A DNA stretch of 63,833 nt, filler included, from Sphacelaria rigidula (GCA_964200075.2; 10 parts of 10 records of this genome joined end to end with filler, not necessarily neighbours in it); one strand, 5' to 3'. Positions 36,261 through 50,809 are shown, counted from the first letter of the whole stretch. The notes: a model not told the origin generated them from the letters alone. Translations and numbers: made by a program.

Positions 36261-38619
36261 GCTTCTGCAGCTGCTTTGTGAAGCACAGCATATGCTGCCG
36301 ATGGTTCGCCTCACAAGCTCTTCTCGTAAGGGGGCAGTGCGACATTATTCCGCCCTCAAAATTTCTTCGCGGTGAATGCAAATGATGTGGTACGATTTCT
36401 CGTCTTGGCATACCATGCACCATTTCCCACTAAACGACGAGCCTCCGAATAGATTTCTCGTTGTTGGTAAGCTGCTCTCACTGGAGGATTAGCCCCTGCC
36501 TCCAGAACCCGGGTCGCTAACTCGCCGTACGTTGGACAGGTTTCTAAGGGATGGCAGGAGTGCGTGTTGTTTGGTGAAAGAGACTGCGCATTGCATACGA
36601 TAATCAGGGAATTCGGGACTGAGAAACACGACTGTTGACAAGGGCTTACGCATACTTTGAGCATGTGGTCTGTAATAGAGACGTCCACCATAAGGTTTGA
36701 TATCCATCAACAGACTCTATTTTTACCCCAAAACGCAGCATTTAGCTATTCAAACAGGTAAAAGACTCATCGCTCGTCTCAGGTTGCACATGTAGCATAT
36801 TACCTGTACGTATTCATGTATTCCAGTATTTATCTCGTGCATGACCCTGGCTGATCTGCCCACATATAACGAAAGGCGTAGACTCGCGTCCAGAATTGAT
36901 GGATGACAACACAAGACATGTCCGAGTCGAGAGTGTACCCCACGTATCGGGGATGAAAAATTTACCCACCGCCTTAACTATGGACCATCTAGTCAACAAG
37001 TTACCTAGTTGAGTAGTTATTTACCTGCAGTTGCTGCCACACAACTATTTGTGTAACATTTTCATCCAGTAGTTGTCTACAGGTCACTAGTCGCACAGTT
37101 TTTCCGACCGAAAGTTGTCTACAGGCACGTAGTTGCGCAGTTATTTTACCCAGTACTTATCTAGACAAACACGTGAAAAAAAGAATAATAGTAGAGATGG
37201 ACCGATAGACGTGTCTTACCGAGACGAAAAAGAGCATGTTCCAAAATCACGATACCATCACCCTTTGATTGATCACGACGATAGCACTGTATTGTGCTGT
37301 TGTACCCCAAAAACCATGACTGACATGTGGATTGGATTTTTATCTGGGAACCTTGGAGTGAATATCGTTTATCGTGAGGAAACATAACTTTGCAACCAAA
37401 AGGGGTGCGTCCCAAAATATGGTAGACCTGAAAAGCAAGACACATGCAATTCTGAGGCCCACTGCCCACGGCTAAAAAAGCAACTTGTACATAGCTCGAG
37501 CAGTAGCTTCTGATCAGTTACGTATGAGGTCGTTGGGGTGGAATCATAACCTGTATAGAGTAGTCGACTAGCTGTTCCGGCGATAGTTGCTGTTACACAA
37601 CTAGCTGCCCTCGATTTCCATCCGAGATTTGAGGCTTGTTTACAGCTAACAAGCTGCGTAAATATTTCCGGCCGAGACAAGTTTGCATGGGCTAGTTGCG
37701 TGAAATTTTCGACCGCAAGTCTTCAACAGATAAGTCTGTGCACAGCTTTCCCATCAGATACAGGCTGGTTCACGCTTATTTACCTATAAACACTCATTCG
37801 CAAAACTTCATGTCGTCTTTGAGAGTTAGACCCTGACTTTTTGCACATGTTTCCTATGGATCAGTACGCAACTTTCGAACGTCGAGGGTTTTTTATTCAC
37901 ATTTTCCACCGTTTTCCGGGGGTCCCAGGGTTTGGGGGAGAAATTTGAATCCCGGACCCCCCGAAAAACGGTGAAAAAGTCGAAAAGTAGAAGAAAACGT
38001 CGTCTGTAGTAAGTTGCGCAATGACCCATAATGCGGCACAATTAGAGTTGTAAACTGGTTGCAAAAAATCACAACCAGTTACAGGTATCAGTTACAACTG
38101 GATAACTCGCGGCGGAGTCGCGTAGACACCCCCCCCCCCCCCTGAAATTGCGATTTCGGGTGAGGGACCTAGACCTGCCAGAAAGAAGGAAGAAATATTC
38201 CAGTCGTCAAAAGGACGAGGAAGAAGATGGACAGAATTGCCTCTGTGGCAAAGCAATTGAGANNNNNNNNNNNNNNNNNNNNNNNNNNNNNNNNNNNNNN
38301 NNNNNNTTAATTAATTAANNNNNNNNNNNNNNNNNNNNNNNNNNNNNNNNNNNNNNNNNNNNGTCCTGTTTCGCCGTCTCTGGCCACCATGTATCTCCTA
38401 GTATAGCCGTCGTTTTCTACCTACTGTCTAATGCATCAAACGGTTTCATCCCACCTTCGTTCACGTCCCGCATTTCCCCCTCTGGCAGGTCCCGTTCCTC
38501 CTTGTATAGTTCACATTCTGCCACTATATGACTTCTGGTCTCTATTGCTTTGCCACAGGGCAGTACTGTCCATCTACCTCCTCCTCCTTTCGACGACTGG
38601 TATATCTCTTTCTTTCTGG

Positions 38620-40136
38620 AACGACTGACAAAATTTAGTTTGAAACCGGAGCCAAACAAAGCGCACGTGGGGGCGCGAGAAACGCAATCCCTGGGTCATC
38701 GCATCTCGACCGACGGCATCGCGCCTGACTCTAAGAAAGTGGACGCGCTGCGATTAATGCCTATGCCGACCAATGTCAGTGAGCTGCGTTCGCTCTTGGG
38801 GAGGTTAAGTTATTATCGGAAGTTTATCCCCAAGATGGCCGCTCGTACCAAAGCCATCAATGGGTTGTTGGAAAAAGGGGTGGAGCTCACGTTCACGCCA
38901 GAACACGAGGCTACCGTTCACGAAATTCTGGACGATTTGTCTAGCACTAGGGTTCTGGCGTTTCAGACTAGGGGGGTGCGGGGGCACCAGGGTTTGAAAG
39001 CCGATCAGTTGGATTATCTCCAGCTGATGAGAGAACGGCAGGTAAAAGCGTACGAGTTGGTGAGGCAAGAAGAATTTTTGGTCAAAGCAAAACACGAAGC
39101 CAAGAACCAGGGTATTGAGGAAATGGCAAACCGCCGGCCAAAATGGCAAGCGGAGCAGTGGGTATTCGTGTTCGATGTTAAAAGCATCATCGCCGCGGGG
39201 GGTAAGGCGATGCAGGTGGCGTCGAGTAGAGCCCGGAAGTCTTTGGCGCTGTCAGCAAAGCTGGCTCAGTGTTGGACGGGGCCATACAAAATTTTATTGG
39301 TGGGACCGGGGGTAACCTCGGAGGGTGAACAGGTGGGTAGAAATTTACTGTTGCTGGAGGTTCGACGAAACGAGCCAGGGTCAACATGGATTCCAGGGTG
39401 TCAGTGGCGAGGTGTAAGAGGTGCCACAACCCCCATGAGGGCCGGACAAACCAAAATTTTGCCCTGGGGGCTAAGCCAATATATGATGAACAAATATTCC
39501 GAACGATCGCCGCCTCTGCATCTCACGGCGGAAGAAGTCACGATGGAGTTGGATACTCGCAGGATATTGCCTGATAAATTGGTGAAACACAGGTTGTCTC
39601 GGGGGATCGGTGGTAAGCTGGCGGTACAGTACATCACGCGTTGGGGCGTTTTGGATGTTCCTAGGTGGGAGCATGAAACCGACCTTGAGCAGTACGGCTG
39701 GCAGGTAAACTTGAAGTATTGGTTGGGCGAACCTACACAGGTTAAAGGTGACAATGCTCAATACCGTAAATGTCGCATCCATTTGTTGAGGCGCATAACG
39801 GCGCACGAACGGGGTGGATATTACGTGGCGCCGGGCTATAAGGTGTCGGGACGGAGGAAAGACGGGCTCGATGTGTATAATCCTGACATTGCCGGTTCTT
39901 ATGTGTATTTCAAAACGGCCTCCGCAGGTTGGCAGTTGTCCGAGGTGGTGGGACTGGAGGAGAACCCCAGTCAGCAGGAACGGCCGCACACCCTCCGCAT
40001 GATGGACTTGGGGCGCAAGTACGCGATACATCTTCAGTGGACAGCCCTCGAGGAGAGCCGGGGTCGACCGGGGGACTGGTATTGGTACTTCCACATCCTG
40101 TGGAAATCTGTTGAACATTTCGCGCATGGCTGGTGA
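38620..40136 (+). mobile_element. Ty3/Gypsy (chromovirus-like) pol relic with internal deletion
   Basis: RT C-terminus/connection (LGHRISTDGIAPDSKKVDAL...LRSLLGRLSYYRKFIP) is joined to a post-integrase region with a GPY motif (WTGPYKIL) and a chromodomain-like segment (VQYITRWG...WEHETDL). The homologous frame shifts briefly (RVSVARCKRCHNPHE in ORF 39386-39574). Confidence 0.9.
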
Positions 40137-40937
40137 CAGGGCAGGACGTTTCGTGGTGGAACTGGTTGTGGTGGTTTATGTCGGGTGCTGGTCCATCCAC
40201 ATGCTGCGGGAAACCGTCAACTATTCCGCGCATGTGTGGGACAGGGCGGGGGTTTTCGTGGTGGGATTGGTTGTGGCGATGGACGTTTGGTGCTGGCCCA
40301 TCCACATGTTGTGGGAAACCGTCAAATATTTTGCGCATGTGTGGGATAGAGCGGGGTGGGTCGAGGAGGAGCTAGGGTGGACGGAGGTTTGTGATGTTTG
40401 GGATCTGGCCATCCTGGACTGGAGCGTGACGGAGCGCCGCGAAGCTGCACGCAAGAACGAGCAGGAGGACGACGCGAATAACTATGTAATGGCTGGAGCT
40501 CGGAGAAAAATTGACTCATGTTCATTTGTGGTTTACGCGTGGACTTTCTCTTGATGGATTGAAAATTGGAGCCGGAGTTACCGCTGCTTTTCCGATTTCC
40601 CCACTCCTTGCGAGCGGTTGTGTCCGGAGGCAGCGACTCTGGGTAGTAAGTAGCAACATGAAATGTGTCTCTGTTTTCGGAATTATCATCATGATTTGTT
40701 TTTTCGTCCTTGTCTTTCGGTCGTTTCAAGTAGGCTTTAGCCAGTGTGACCGTACTCTCGTCGAGTGTTTTCTTCTGTTTTTGATTTCGTCGTGGTTAGA
40801 TATCGGAGCCTGAGTCGTCGTCTCCTTCGATATTCCCCACTCCTTGGAGGCGGACGTATCAGGAGTCAGTCGAGCTTTCCGGGGTCGCGACTGTGTGTAT
40901 AGCTAAGAAAAACCAAAAGTAATATTGAGCAGGGGGC

Positions 40938-41435
40938 TGTGGGGGGTTACAAAGTGAGCTCAGCCTTGACTGTGTTGTTCGCACAAAGTTAGGCCAGTCC
41001 ACGAGCCAAACTTTATGTTTACAGGATGTGTTGATGTGGTGAGCTCAGTTTTCAGTGGGTAACCTAGTCATTGTAAGCACCGTTTCTACGACGGAGATTG
41101 CTTGCTAATGGGGTACTATACAGCGTCCTACTGGAACATGACAGAGTACAGTTCCAACCGAGACGGTTTCAGGCTAGACAGCACAGACAGTTTGATTGTG
41201 GAGCGGGTTTCAAGGGGCCGAGGACCGAGCTTGTCTCTAGGTGTGTCAGCTGCTGAACTTGGGGACCTTGGTGGGCAAGGAAGTCATCAAGTAACCGTCG
41301 ACATAGCTGGCAGAATGTCGTCAGTAGGGCTGTGGAACGTTTCATTTTGACTGTTTTGGGGCGGGCCGCTGAGTTTGGTGTGCCCCACCCTTGGTCAGTT
41401 CTCACCAGACCTCAGCTTTAGGGTTTGCAACAACA
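40938..41435 (+). repeat. Putative 3' LTR of the Gypsy element
   Basis: A purine tract (AGGGGG, 40931-40936) precedes TGT, and the segment ends in ...CAACA. No second LTR is present to confirm it. Confidence 0.45.
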
Positions 41436-41473
41436 AGGGCTTGTATCTACATAGGAGAACATCAACTAATAAA

Positions 41474-43191
41474 CAGGGATGTGCACGGATTAAGAAGAAA
41501 TGCGCGGAGCGGATTATGACGGTGCGGTTTGTCAATCCGCATCGCTCCGTGGCATTTGTAGGGGGCGGATATCCGCTCCGTGACAGTCCGTGTTTTCTTC
41601 CACTGGCGGATATCCGCTCCGATCCACTCCGCTCCGCTCCGTACCATCTTCGAAAACTCCGCTCCGCACCGGGACATTTTCGTTGGCGGATATCCGCTCC
41701 GCTCTGCTCCGCTCCGTGACAATTAAAAAAAAACGTTCCGCTCCGTATAGATTACAGCTGCGCGGTTGGAACCGTGAAACGCGGTTTTCTACGGTGCGGT
41801 TTTATCCACTCCGTAGGTAATCCGTGCGTCCTCCGAGGCATAACTTACTGAACGAACCACTAAAAAGACACGGATTTCGACGGGCTAATTTGTTCTAAAT
41901 GCCGGATAACTTAGAATTCGAAGTATAAAAATATCGTTCTGGATAAGAAATTCGCCGATACGGTTCTGAAAGTCTGCACTCCGTACTCCATCCGTGCGTT
42001 CTCCGTAGCATATCTCAGATCAAACCGCTGAAAAGCCACGAAATTCTACGGACGAAATTGTCCTGAATGGCGGATAACGTAGAATTCGAATTGTAAAAAA
42101 CATGGTTGTGTATAAGCAATTCGCCGATAGTCTCTGAAATTGTGCTCCGTACTTTATCCGTGCGTTCTCCGTAGCATCACTCAGATCGAACCGCTGAAAA
42201 GCCACAAAATGCCACGGATAAATTGTACTGAATGCCGGGTAAGTTGGAATTCGAAGTATAAAAGTACTCAAGGGTCAGAACCTGGGGCTGGGCAATCTCA
42301 GGACCCCCGAAAACCGGTCAGCCCGTGAGTCGTTCAATGATGAGCGCAGATGTGATCTTATTTTGGAATGTGGAGGGGATGCCTAGTAGAACACCATACT
42401 TTGAGATCAAATGTCCACCGGGATGAGCGATGGCACGCGGAAACACTTTCGAATATCCCCGACTACGAAAACACTACGAAAGTCTCCCTTTTCAGTTGCA
42501 AGCTACCGTGCCGCTATTGACGTCACTCTTGAAGAATGTTTTCCTTGCTTTTTCTTGTGGTGGATAGCCTTAGTCCTGGGTCAAGCGCTGCTGCTGTTGC
42601 GCGTCTCCCACCCCGCCCCCCGTCACCCTGTTCTGTAGGAAATTCAAATGTGTACTGTTAATTATTCTCTATTGTTTTTGTTTTTTTTCTCCAGGGATTC
42701 GACCTTACATGTGCGTAGTTTAATCTGCCGTCCCCCCTGTCCAGCAGCTGGAAGTCAAAGTAAAATAACTCCTTTCGTATTTTTGGTATTTATCCGCGGA
42801 TAACCATACATTTTTCGCGGATAGCCATATCGTCTTCACGGATGACGGCGACGGTGCACCGCGGGGAATTGCCGCGGTTTGTGCGGTTTGTTCCACGGAG
42901 GGGGGCAAACCGCTCCGTGAAAAAATCCATGCCACGGATATCCGCTCCGCAATAATCCGTGACATTTTCATTGGCGGATATCTTCTCCGTCATACTCCGT
43001 AATTTTACACAGAGACGGATATCCGCTCCGCTCCGTGAGGTTTCGGGGGGAAAATCCGCACCGCGGAGCGGATATCCGTCTGTGTGTAAAAGTACGGATT
43101 ATGACGGAGCAGATATCCGCCAATGAAAATGCCACAGAGTATTGCGGAGCGGAAACAGGGTGACGCGGATTGTCCTCCGTACACATCCCTG
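41474..43191. mobile_element. Non-autonomous hAT element
   Basis: TIR CAGGGATGTGCACGGA / TCCGTACACATCCCTG and 8-bp TSD CTAATAAA / CTGATAAA. Many subterminal GCGGATATCCGCTCCG motifs and an internal ~180-bp duplication. Confidence 0.85.
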
Positions 43192-44208
43192 CTGATAAAT
43201 ACCAACACGAAGCTTTGGGCCGTCTTTCTCTTTCTCGATTCGCACTTCCACGGGGCCTTCCCCCCCCTGACTGTCCTAGCGGCTCTCCTCAGCCCTGGTT
43301 GACTGAGCTAACAAGTGCACCACAGACTTCGAACTTTCAAGTGAGAAGAAGGGATTCTCTATTTCTGCGGAGCGAAATTCAGGTTCCTCTCACGATAGTG
43401 AGTCCCCGACCGCGGGTATGAACAATGGGTTACACACGAAAGCACTGCATCAAAACGGGAGAAAGTAGCTTTCAGACTACTTTGCAGACATATGCGTGCC
43501 TCCACCCGGTTCGTTCAACTTGACTTATTATCATGTGCTTGACAAAGGAGGCAAGGTCAGCTTTGCGACCGGCTTACATCAACTGCTCGGGTCCAAATGC
43601 CGCCAATTATATACGCTCAGCGATAACTTCTGTACCGCAGCATAGGTAGCACCATGGAATGAGCAATGACGCGTTACTACTGTTGTCTACGTGTACTGCA
43701 GCGGCGGCGCAGTACCCTTCCCTTGCAGCACAACCTCGAAGACGCGAGAGGCGCGAAATCAGTAAAAAAAATGCGCGAAAATATATCTGACCATGGTGGT
43801 AGTTCGAGTTACCCTTCCTCGGGGAGCCGTCCTCCGCATGACGTCTTTGCTCTGAGCTGCGCCGGCGCACTCCTCGCAATCGTTCTATGTTTCCCTCTTC
43901 TTCGATCTTGGCGGTGAATTGTGTGGTTTGATATGCCAGTATCGCAGGCGGAGCTAATATGCGATGCTGCTCTTGATGGTGGACCGGTGCTACAGGGGAT
44001 GTGACCGTCGAGGAGCGGCCGTTTGGATATTTTGAGTAGAACCTTGGTAGAACCAATGTTCAGAACCAACTTGACCCTTTTGGGACCGGACTCCCAGAAA
44101 CATGATGTTTGTACGCAAGGGTCTTATGGGGAATCGGCATCATGCCTACTTGAAAACGACCGACGATGATACGAGCTGGGCCAGCCTAGAGGCTGCATGA
44201 AAGTTTGC

Positions 44209-44499
44209 AGGCGGATGCGCCGGCCAATATTTAGAGTTAGACTTGGTTAGACCCTGAAATGTGGTATGGATAATGCATGGGGCATAATAAAAAATCGGGA
44301 AGCACATGAAGTTTTTTTTTTCTTCGTGAGATAAGGGCGTTTTGCTCAAACCTGAAAACTGATTAGTGCCCTTAACTCACGAAAAAAAAAGAAGAAAAAC
44401 CTTAATGTGCTTCTTCCAGATTTTTTATTATGCTCTGTGCATTGTCCATGCCAAATTTCAGGGTTCAACAACTCTAAATATTGCCCGGCGCATTCGCCT
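44209..44499. mobile_element. Fold-back/MITE-like long inverted repeat
   Basis: Arms of ~130 bp (AGGCGGATGCGCCGG...TTCGTGAGATAAGGGC and GCCCTTAACTCACGAA...CCGGCGCATTCGCCT) surround a short spacer. Confidence 0.7.
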
Positions 44500-47400
44500 T
44501 TTAAAAATCGGATCGGTAGAAATTCGGAACAGTATTTCGAAGGCCACTCACCCGCCCACGTTTGGTTTTTGTGAATTGAAAATTTGTGTTGGCCCTCGCC
44601 AGGGCATAATTAACAAGACTCAGTGGATTAGATTTTTTTTCATTCATTTTTTCACNNNNNNNNNNNNNNNNNNNNNNNNNNNNNNNNNNNNNNNNNNNNT
44701 TAATTAATTAANNNNNNNNNNNNNNNNNNNNNNNNNNNNNNNNNNNNNNNNNNNNATCCGTGGGTAAAAAATCTGTTGCCATAACATCCGGCCTCAATGA
44801 AAAGCACCATCCTCAACATAGATGATCGGCTGTTTCAATGAAAAGCACCACCCTCAACATAAATGATCGGCTGTTTCAAGGAGCTAAAACAGTCTTCATA
44901 ACTTGCATCTTTCTATCAGCATTTTGAGTTCCGCACGCATGTATGTGTGGTGTGAATACAAGGAGCTTTCGAACCTGTAAACTTCATGATGAGCTATGCG
45001 CGACAAATATACGCTGCTGGCGAAAGAAAGAAAAATGCATTGTCAAGCTCTCAAGCAGGCCCCTTGTTATTGCGGACTGGGTAAGAGCTCTCCCATAAAT
45101 GCCTATTTTGGCGATTCAGCAAGAGTCTGTTGGGAGAAGATTTTCGGACACATAGGCCTGCCCCCCTCTCCCCTTCCCCTCCTGGGGGGCATTTTTTGGA
45201 AAATTATCATGATTTTTATTCTTTTTTGTAATATTGTTGAAGAAATTGACCAAGAAACACCGGCAAAAACCGAACAGCCTGGTGGGCTTTGCGAGGCTCG
45301 TATATTTGCTTCTGCTCCTTGCCCGCTCCGTTCCGATGACCTCGGATGCCAGCCACACCCATCCCCATGTATGTACACGAGCGCACGGTAGCGACAACCT
45401 GCCGCCAAAATAGCAACATTATCTCACGCCTGACCAAACTTGCCCGAATCACTAGTAGTAGGTACTCGAGGCTCACGACACGGAAGATGATCCCGTGAAT
45501 GTAATCAGGGTAAGTGATGAGCTTGGGGGGGCGGCTTGTCCGCCATCTCATCGGTCTCCATACCAAGGATCTATTTACCTGCACGCGGTAGCTGACCGCA
45601 TCCGCCAATGCCTCGGCAAAAAACTAGGGGGTAGGAGGCTGGGTGTCCCCCCCCCCCCCGTCGAAAAATCAATTTTTCGATCTTGAGGTCCACGTGTCCA
45701 GAACTGTTTTTTCGACAGAACCTTGGATTCAGGACCGGTTTTCGTCGGAATATGGGGCAGAGCGGGCCATGCCAAGTCGGGAAGAGTTGCTGTACTTTTT
45801 GAGAAGATTCTAGCGCACTTTACTGATCTGTCATGTGCCCAGTTTGCCTCCATCTAAATAGTACGACAATCATAGCATATTGACCAGTTGGTCACTCTTT
45901 CCTCGCGGACCTTCTCTGTCAGACGTATCCCAGCTACTCTGCCCGGGGGCGGGAGCAGGGAGGTGGAGCTATAGCGGTGGGTGGGCATGCAGTCAAATCA
46001 ACCCAGGAAGCATGCACCGTGCGACTTGCCCGTTTTTTCTTATTATCTCGACAATCAACGCTGGGTAAAAATACAGCAAACGTCTGGCAGGTGTGTGGTT
46101 TGCGGTTATAATCCCGTGCCATTTGTGAGTGGTTAGCGCTATTATTTAGCCCATTATTTTCGACACCGCTTGTTCAAAGATCTCGGAAAATTTCAGAGTT
46201 TTCGGACTCGGCGTTCAGACTTCTCCGAGAACGAAGCGGCTTATTTTTTTTCCGAAGCTTCATTTTTGGAGAAGTCCGAAAAATTCGGACTGCAACGCAG
46301 CACTTCGGAGAGCTGCCGACTGCTGCCGAGATAGCCCCCCCCCCCGAACCGGCCAAAAAAGGTGCACGGAGGTGATGATCATAAATGCCGTGAGAGCTGG
46401 TATTATGCTGCACGACGCGAATCATTTATTTGGGCATTATAGCTGATTTTGGACTGCTACACGCCTCTCATGTGGGCGGAATTTCTGCAAATGAGCTCAA
46501 TAGTGGGGTCGCAGCCGCTTTGCCGGACGGTCTCCGGTGCACTTTTTGTGGGGGGGCTATCTCGGCATTAGTCTGCCTCGTAAAAACGCCGTGACGCTTG
46601 CAAGCATTCGAGGATCATCAGGTACCTTGCCAGTCCTGACCATCTCGGAGATCTCCGAAAAAACAGTGTCGATAATAATGGATCTTACACAATAACGATC
46701 GATTTGGTGGTGGTTGACTAGAACGGGTGAGCGCACGTAATATCAAATGTGACCTTACAAAAATCGTGTCCCGACAGCCGATGGAACATTTCCACATTTT
46801 CGATTCAAGGCTATACGGATATATACTGTTTTTCCCGGATAGTGTTCTTCGCGGTCGGTATCAACGCACGCGACAGGCACCTTTAAAAAACTTTGTGGAT
46901 CGAGAATATTAATCTGAAATAGACTGTTGGACAATGTTGTGGCACGTGAGGATGCTCCAAGGGTGTTACGCTGCTTAATTATTTTACTGGCATGTTTTGT
47001 GGAGCAGGAGAGTGTCGTGATGTGGGACAAGGGGTAGCGGGGTTGCCGTGCGTTCACTCACCACCCCCCGCGCGCGGACCAGCTTATTTATGGCGTTGCG
47101 ACAGACTCTGCCGCTACGCTCGTACTAGATCGCTTCCCGAGTCACCGATGCGACGCTCATGAGCTTGGGACTAATATTTTAAGCGTTTTATTGCGAAAGC
47201 TTTGACAGATCCAAATAAATGTCGTCAAGTGAAGGCCTCGATTGATCCGGAAAATATCATGTAAAAAAATAGACCAAATTTGCTTCTTTTACAGGACTCA
47301 GAGAAACCACGGCCCGCCCCGCTCACATCCCTTTCCCCCGAAATCCCCCGCGTTACGAGGGATATTTTGAGGCATCAAAGGAGAGGCACACAATCTAGTA

Positions 47401-49031
47401 GGGCGGATCATGGGTGGTCCGTTTCAAGGATTTTGTTCGGCTGGATCACATGCCCAAATTGACAGGGTGTCGTAGGGATTGGACGGCACTCGGCCAATGC
47501 TGTGACCTCAAAGCGTTCCTGGCTTTCTCGTAGTACAGCCCGCTTCAAGCACTGACTGCTGCGTACCGGGTTGTGCCGCCCTTGGTACACATGACGAACA
47601 GGATGCTGCTCAACACATAACCACCAGCAGTGCCGAATCAGGACACACACGACGTGACAAGCTGCTTAACTTGCTTAAATCAGCACAAATGCACATGATA
47701 TGATTGTAGCGCGAGGTCCACAGCGCTGGGCTTCAAGAGCTGAGGGCGGCGAAGGCACCGTCATGTACGGTTTGGCGTCTCTTTAAGTGGGCGTTTCGAC
47801 CGCATCTCTCTGTTGAAACACGTGCCCGGATATACTACAGTCAGTATAGTAGACGTACCTGTGTACACAACACGCCTGATGATGCACTATAACACCTGCT
47901 GAGAAAATATCGTAGTCAGTTTGTTCGCTGTGGTGAAGATAACTGACCGTAGTGCTTCGGGGAGATAGCTATAGGGAGTAGAGGCAGTCTATGATCGTTT
48001 ACTGTTATCACTTCCACTCCATCATCTATCGAACCGGTGTCCTTCACCGTGTCTTGTGTCTGGAGGAATGGTACAACAAACGTGGCACAAAAATCGGCGT
48101 AACACTGCATGCTGGAACAGTTGCAGGGTACAGCAGGCCGTTGATACTGCCGCTACTGCTGTCAATGCTGTAATGTCTGTTGCAGTTGCTGTACTATCTT
48201 TCGTTGGAAGTATAGGTGAGCATCACTGGGCTAAACGGAGCAGTTTAGCAAGGTACTAGCACGCATAGTCACCCAGCTCTTATTGTTTACTGCTGCTGTG
48301 GTTGGTGGTGGTGGTGGTGGTGGTTGTTGTTGTTGTTGTTGTTGCACCCCCTTATTTGCTGCACGATGGACAGACAGGTGGAGCGCTTTGGATTATTACG
48401 AGATGCCAGGAAGAGTTGACACGTGGCCCATGGAGTATAACAAGGTCATAGCGTTTAATCGGCGGAGCCGTTTCCAGTAACACCATTCTGGTCGGTTGGA
48501 TGGGCGACTCAGCTGGGGACTTGAATAGACCAAACATCACACATCTTGTTTCTCTGTCGCTTGGAAATGTGTGATGAGAGAAATGCCACCCGGAAGTAGA
48601 AAATGAACGCCCACGGCTTGTCACCGCCCGAATATTCCGCGCTGATTACCCCGCAACTGTTCGAAATTCCCCGGACTTTGCACTAGGCTTTGAAAAAGAT
48701 ACGCCACACTGTTGGCTGAGATGGGAGAAACGTGAGGGGAACCGAGGGACCACTTCCATTTGGCGCCTCGTTCAACCGCCCCCTACCCCCACACAACGCA
48801 CAACCTTCCTCGATCCCCGCACGCCACAGCTTCTCTTTCTTCCCACCGAGACCACCTCAGCACAAAACAACTCGAGAGCCGACATCTATCGTGAGTGCAC
48901 CATCAACAACGCACGTTTGTTCGAACGTCATCATCGATATGAACGAGGTAGGAGATACGTGCACATACATGTCAGTCACGGTGGAGCAGCGAGTTCGCAA
49001 GAGCAATAAGGAGACAGACAGTGGCAAAAAG

Positions 49032-50809
49032 ATGCTGGGTCGTCCGTGGCTATGTGTCGTTGCGGTGCTGCTGTGCTGCTATGTCCAGACCAGCAGCGCG
49101 TGCCCCTACCTGCAGAGGAAGATGGCCAAAAAGCAACAGCAGCAGCAGCAACAACAGCAATTGGCTACTGCTGCTACTACTGCAGCTGCTACTTCTGAAG
49201 AAGCGGTTCGAGAGGTGCATTCGGTCGTGGACAGCACCCGCAAGGTATGTGCTTGAGAGGATCGATTACCTTATTTATGCAGTACAAAAATGCGTTGCAC
49301 ACATTTTATTGGAATGGTGCGATTTTTTGCGTAGAAAATGAAGTATCCACGCAGAGCTTTTGGTATGGAAAAGTAGATATCATGACTACGACCGACAGCA
49401 TTGGCGGGTAGCTGCGGCGAGCTTCGCTAGCAAGATCTGAAAGAGTAGGCTGCTAACCCTTTGAGTGCCCGCAGCTGGACATCAAAGTCTCCCTTTTGTC
49501 TTTCGAGCGGACACGATGCCGATTCAATAGCTTGAGACACGCATGGGTGGTGGTTGATTCCGAACACGAGAACGAAAGGAGCGGAAACTTGTGGATTGCA
49601 GGAGTATCCTATTCCAGTAGTAGTAGATGGTAGATATGTGATCGTTAGATAAAGATGGAAACGTGACATCAATCAATCGGCTGGAGATTGAGAAGCAGCT
49701 CACCCATACGGTTAATTGTCGGTCCTGAGCCGTTCCACACTTTACTCGCATACCACACTGGAGCGCTGATCCTCTTGGTCCGCCCCCCGCGGTTCCCGGT
49801 AAGTGCTCGCATCAAGCGCTTGTTGTGGGAGGGCCAAAAAGGTGCTTCATACCTGCTGTCCTCACCTGTACTTCGTATATCTTTAGAACAAGTGGGTGAG
49901 CAGCCATTTTCCGCCAACACCGCATGCTATACGACGAAAAGCGGGATATAGACGTTGCCGCAGTGAGTCTGTGCACGACACTGGAATGTTCATGGCGGGG
50001 CATACGTTATTTACCAAAGTTTTTACGCTGAGAGGATGAACAACAGGTCTACTTCTCGTCGCAACATCTACCTCGTCAATTATCACCTTGAACTCGCTCC
50101 ATCCAGGCCCAAACTTGAAAATATACGGAAGCTTCTCCAGAGGTTTACTGGTTCTCTGTCATCATTATGGCGCGAGAGCCACGATACATCAATAACGTGG
50201 TGTGCGGCCCGTTTGTATATGGCTGATGGCTTTGTTCTCGTTCTCCCTTCATTTTCGAATGCTGTGTGCGTATCTCCGGATGGTACGGACATCATGGATA
50301 TGGTATAATACCGACAGGTGCAAAGACGAACTCAGTCGGCATGCGGAAACGACTTTTGCTATGGTACCCTCGTGGACCTGCCCGCGCTCGAGTTGGACTG
50401 GGCAACCCTTGTCGACATTGCCAGGCCTTCGGGAAATGGCCTAGTCGGTTACATGGAAGACTCGAGGGTAAGTCGGCACGCCGCACGTGAAATGTGGTAA
50501 GGTATCGACCGCACATTCTACATCCATTGTTGTTGCGTGGTGAACCACGGGTACGACAAAAAATAGCTGTAGTAGTGTGAGTGCTTATACTGCTGCTGTT
50601 TCACGTATATATCGTCCGACCCCGCGGTTGCCAGCACGTTTCGACGTCTGCATAGCGTCTCCTCGGTTGTAATTTTAATACCCGCATTTCTCGGGCGAGC
50701 AACAAAGCTCACCACGCATTGATCATACGTTCTACAACTGTTGACAGGCTCGAGAGGAGGAGCTGGGAGGATTTCCGCTCAACAACGGAGCTTCGAACGC
50801 GGCCGCTGG
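49032..50809 (+). CDS. 5' exons of a secreted protein (signal peptide, CPYL, poly-Q/Ala tract); family unknown
   Basis: Exon 49032-49244 reads MLGRPWLCVVAVLLCCYVQTSSACPYLQRKMAKKQ9LATAATTAAATS...RK and ends at GTATGT. An in-phase exon at 50748-50809 (AREEELGGFPLNNGASNAAA) lies between TTGACAG and GTAAGG. Confidence 0.6.

Noticed and set aside
38550..40136. 528-aa intact protein
   Set aside because: It is a chimera of antisense LINE sequence and a deleted, frameshifted Gypsy pol.
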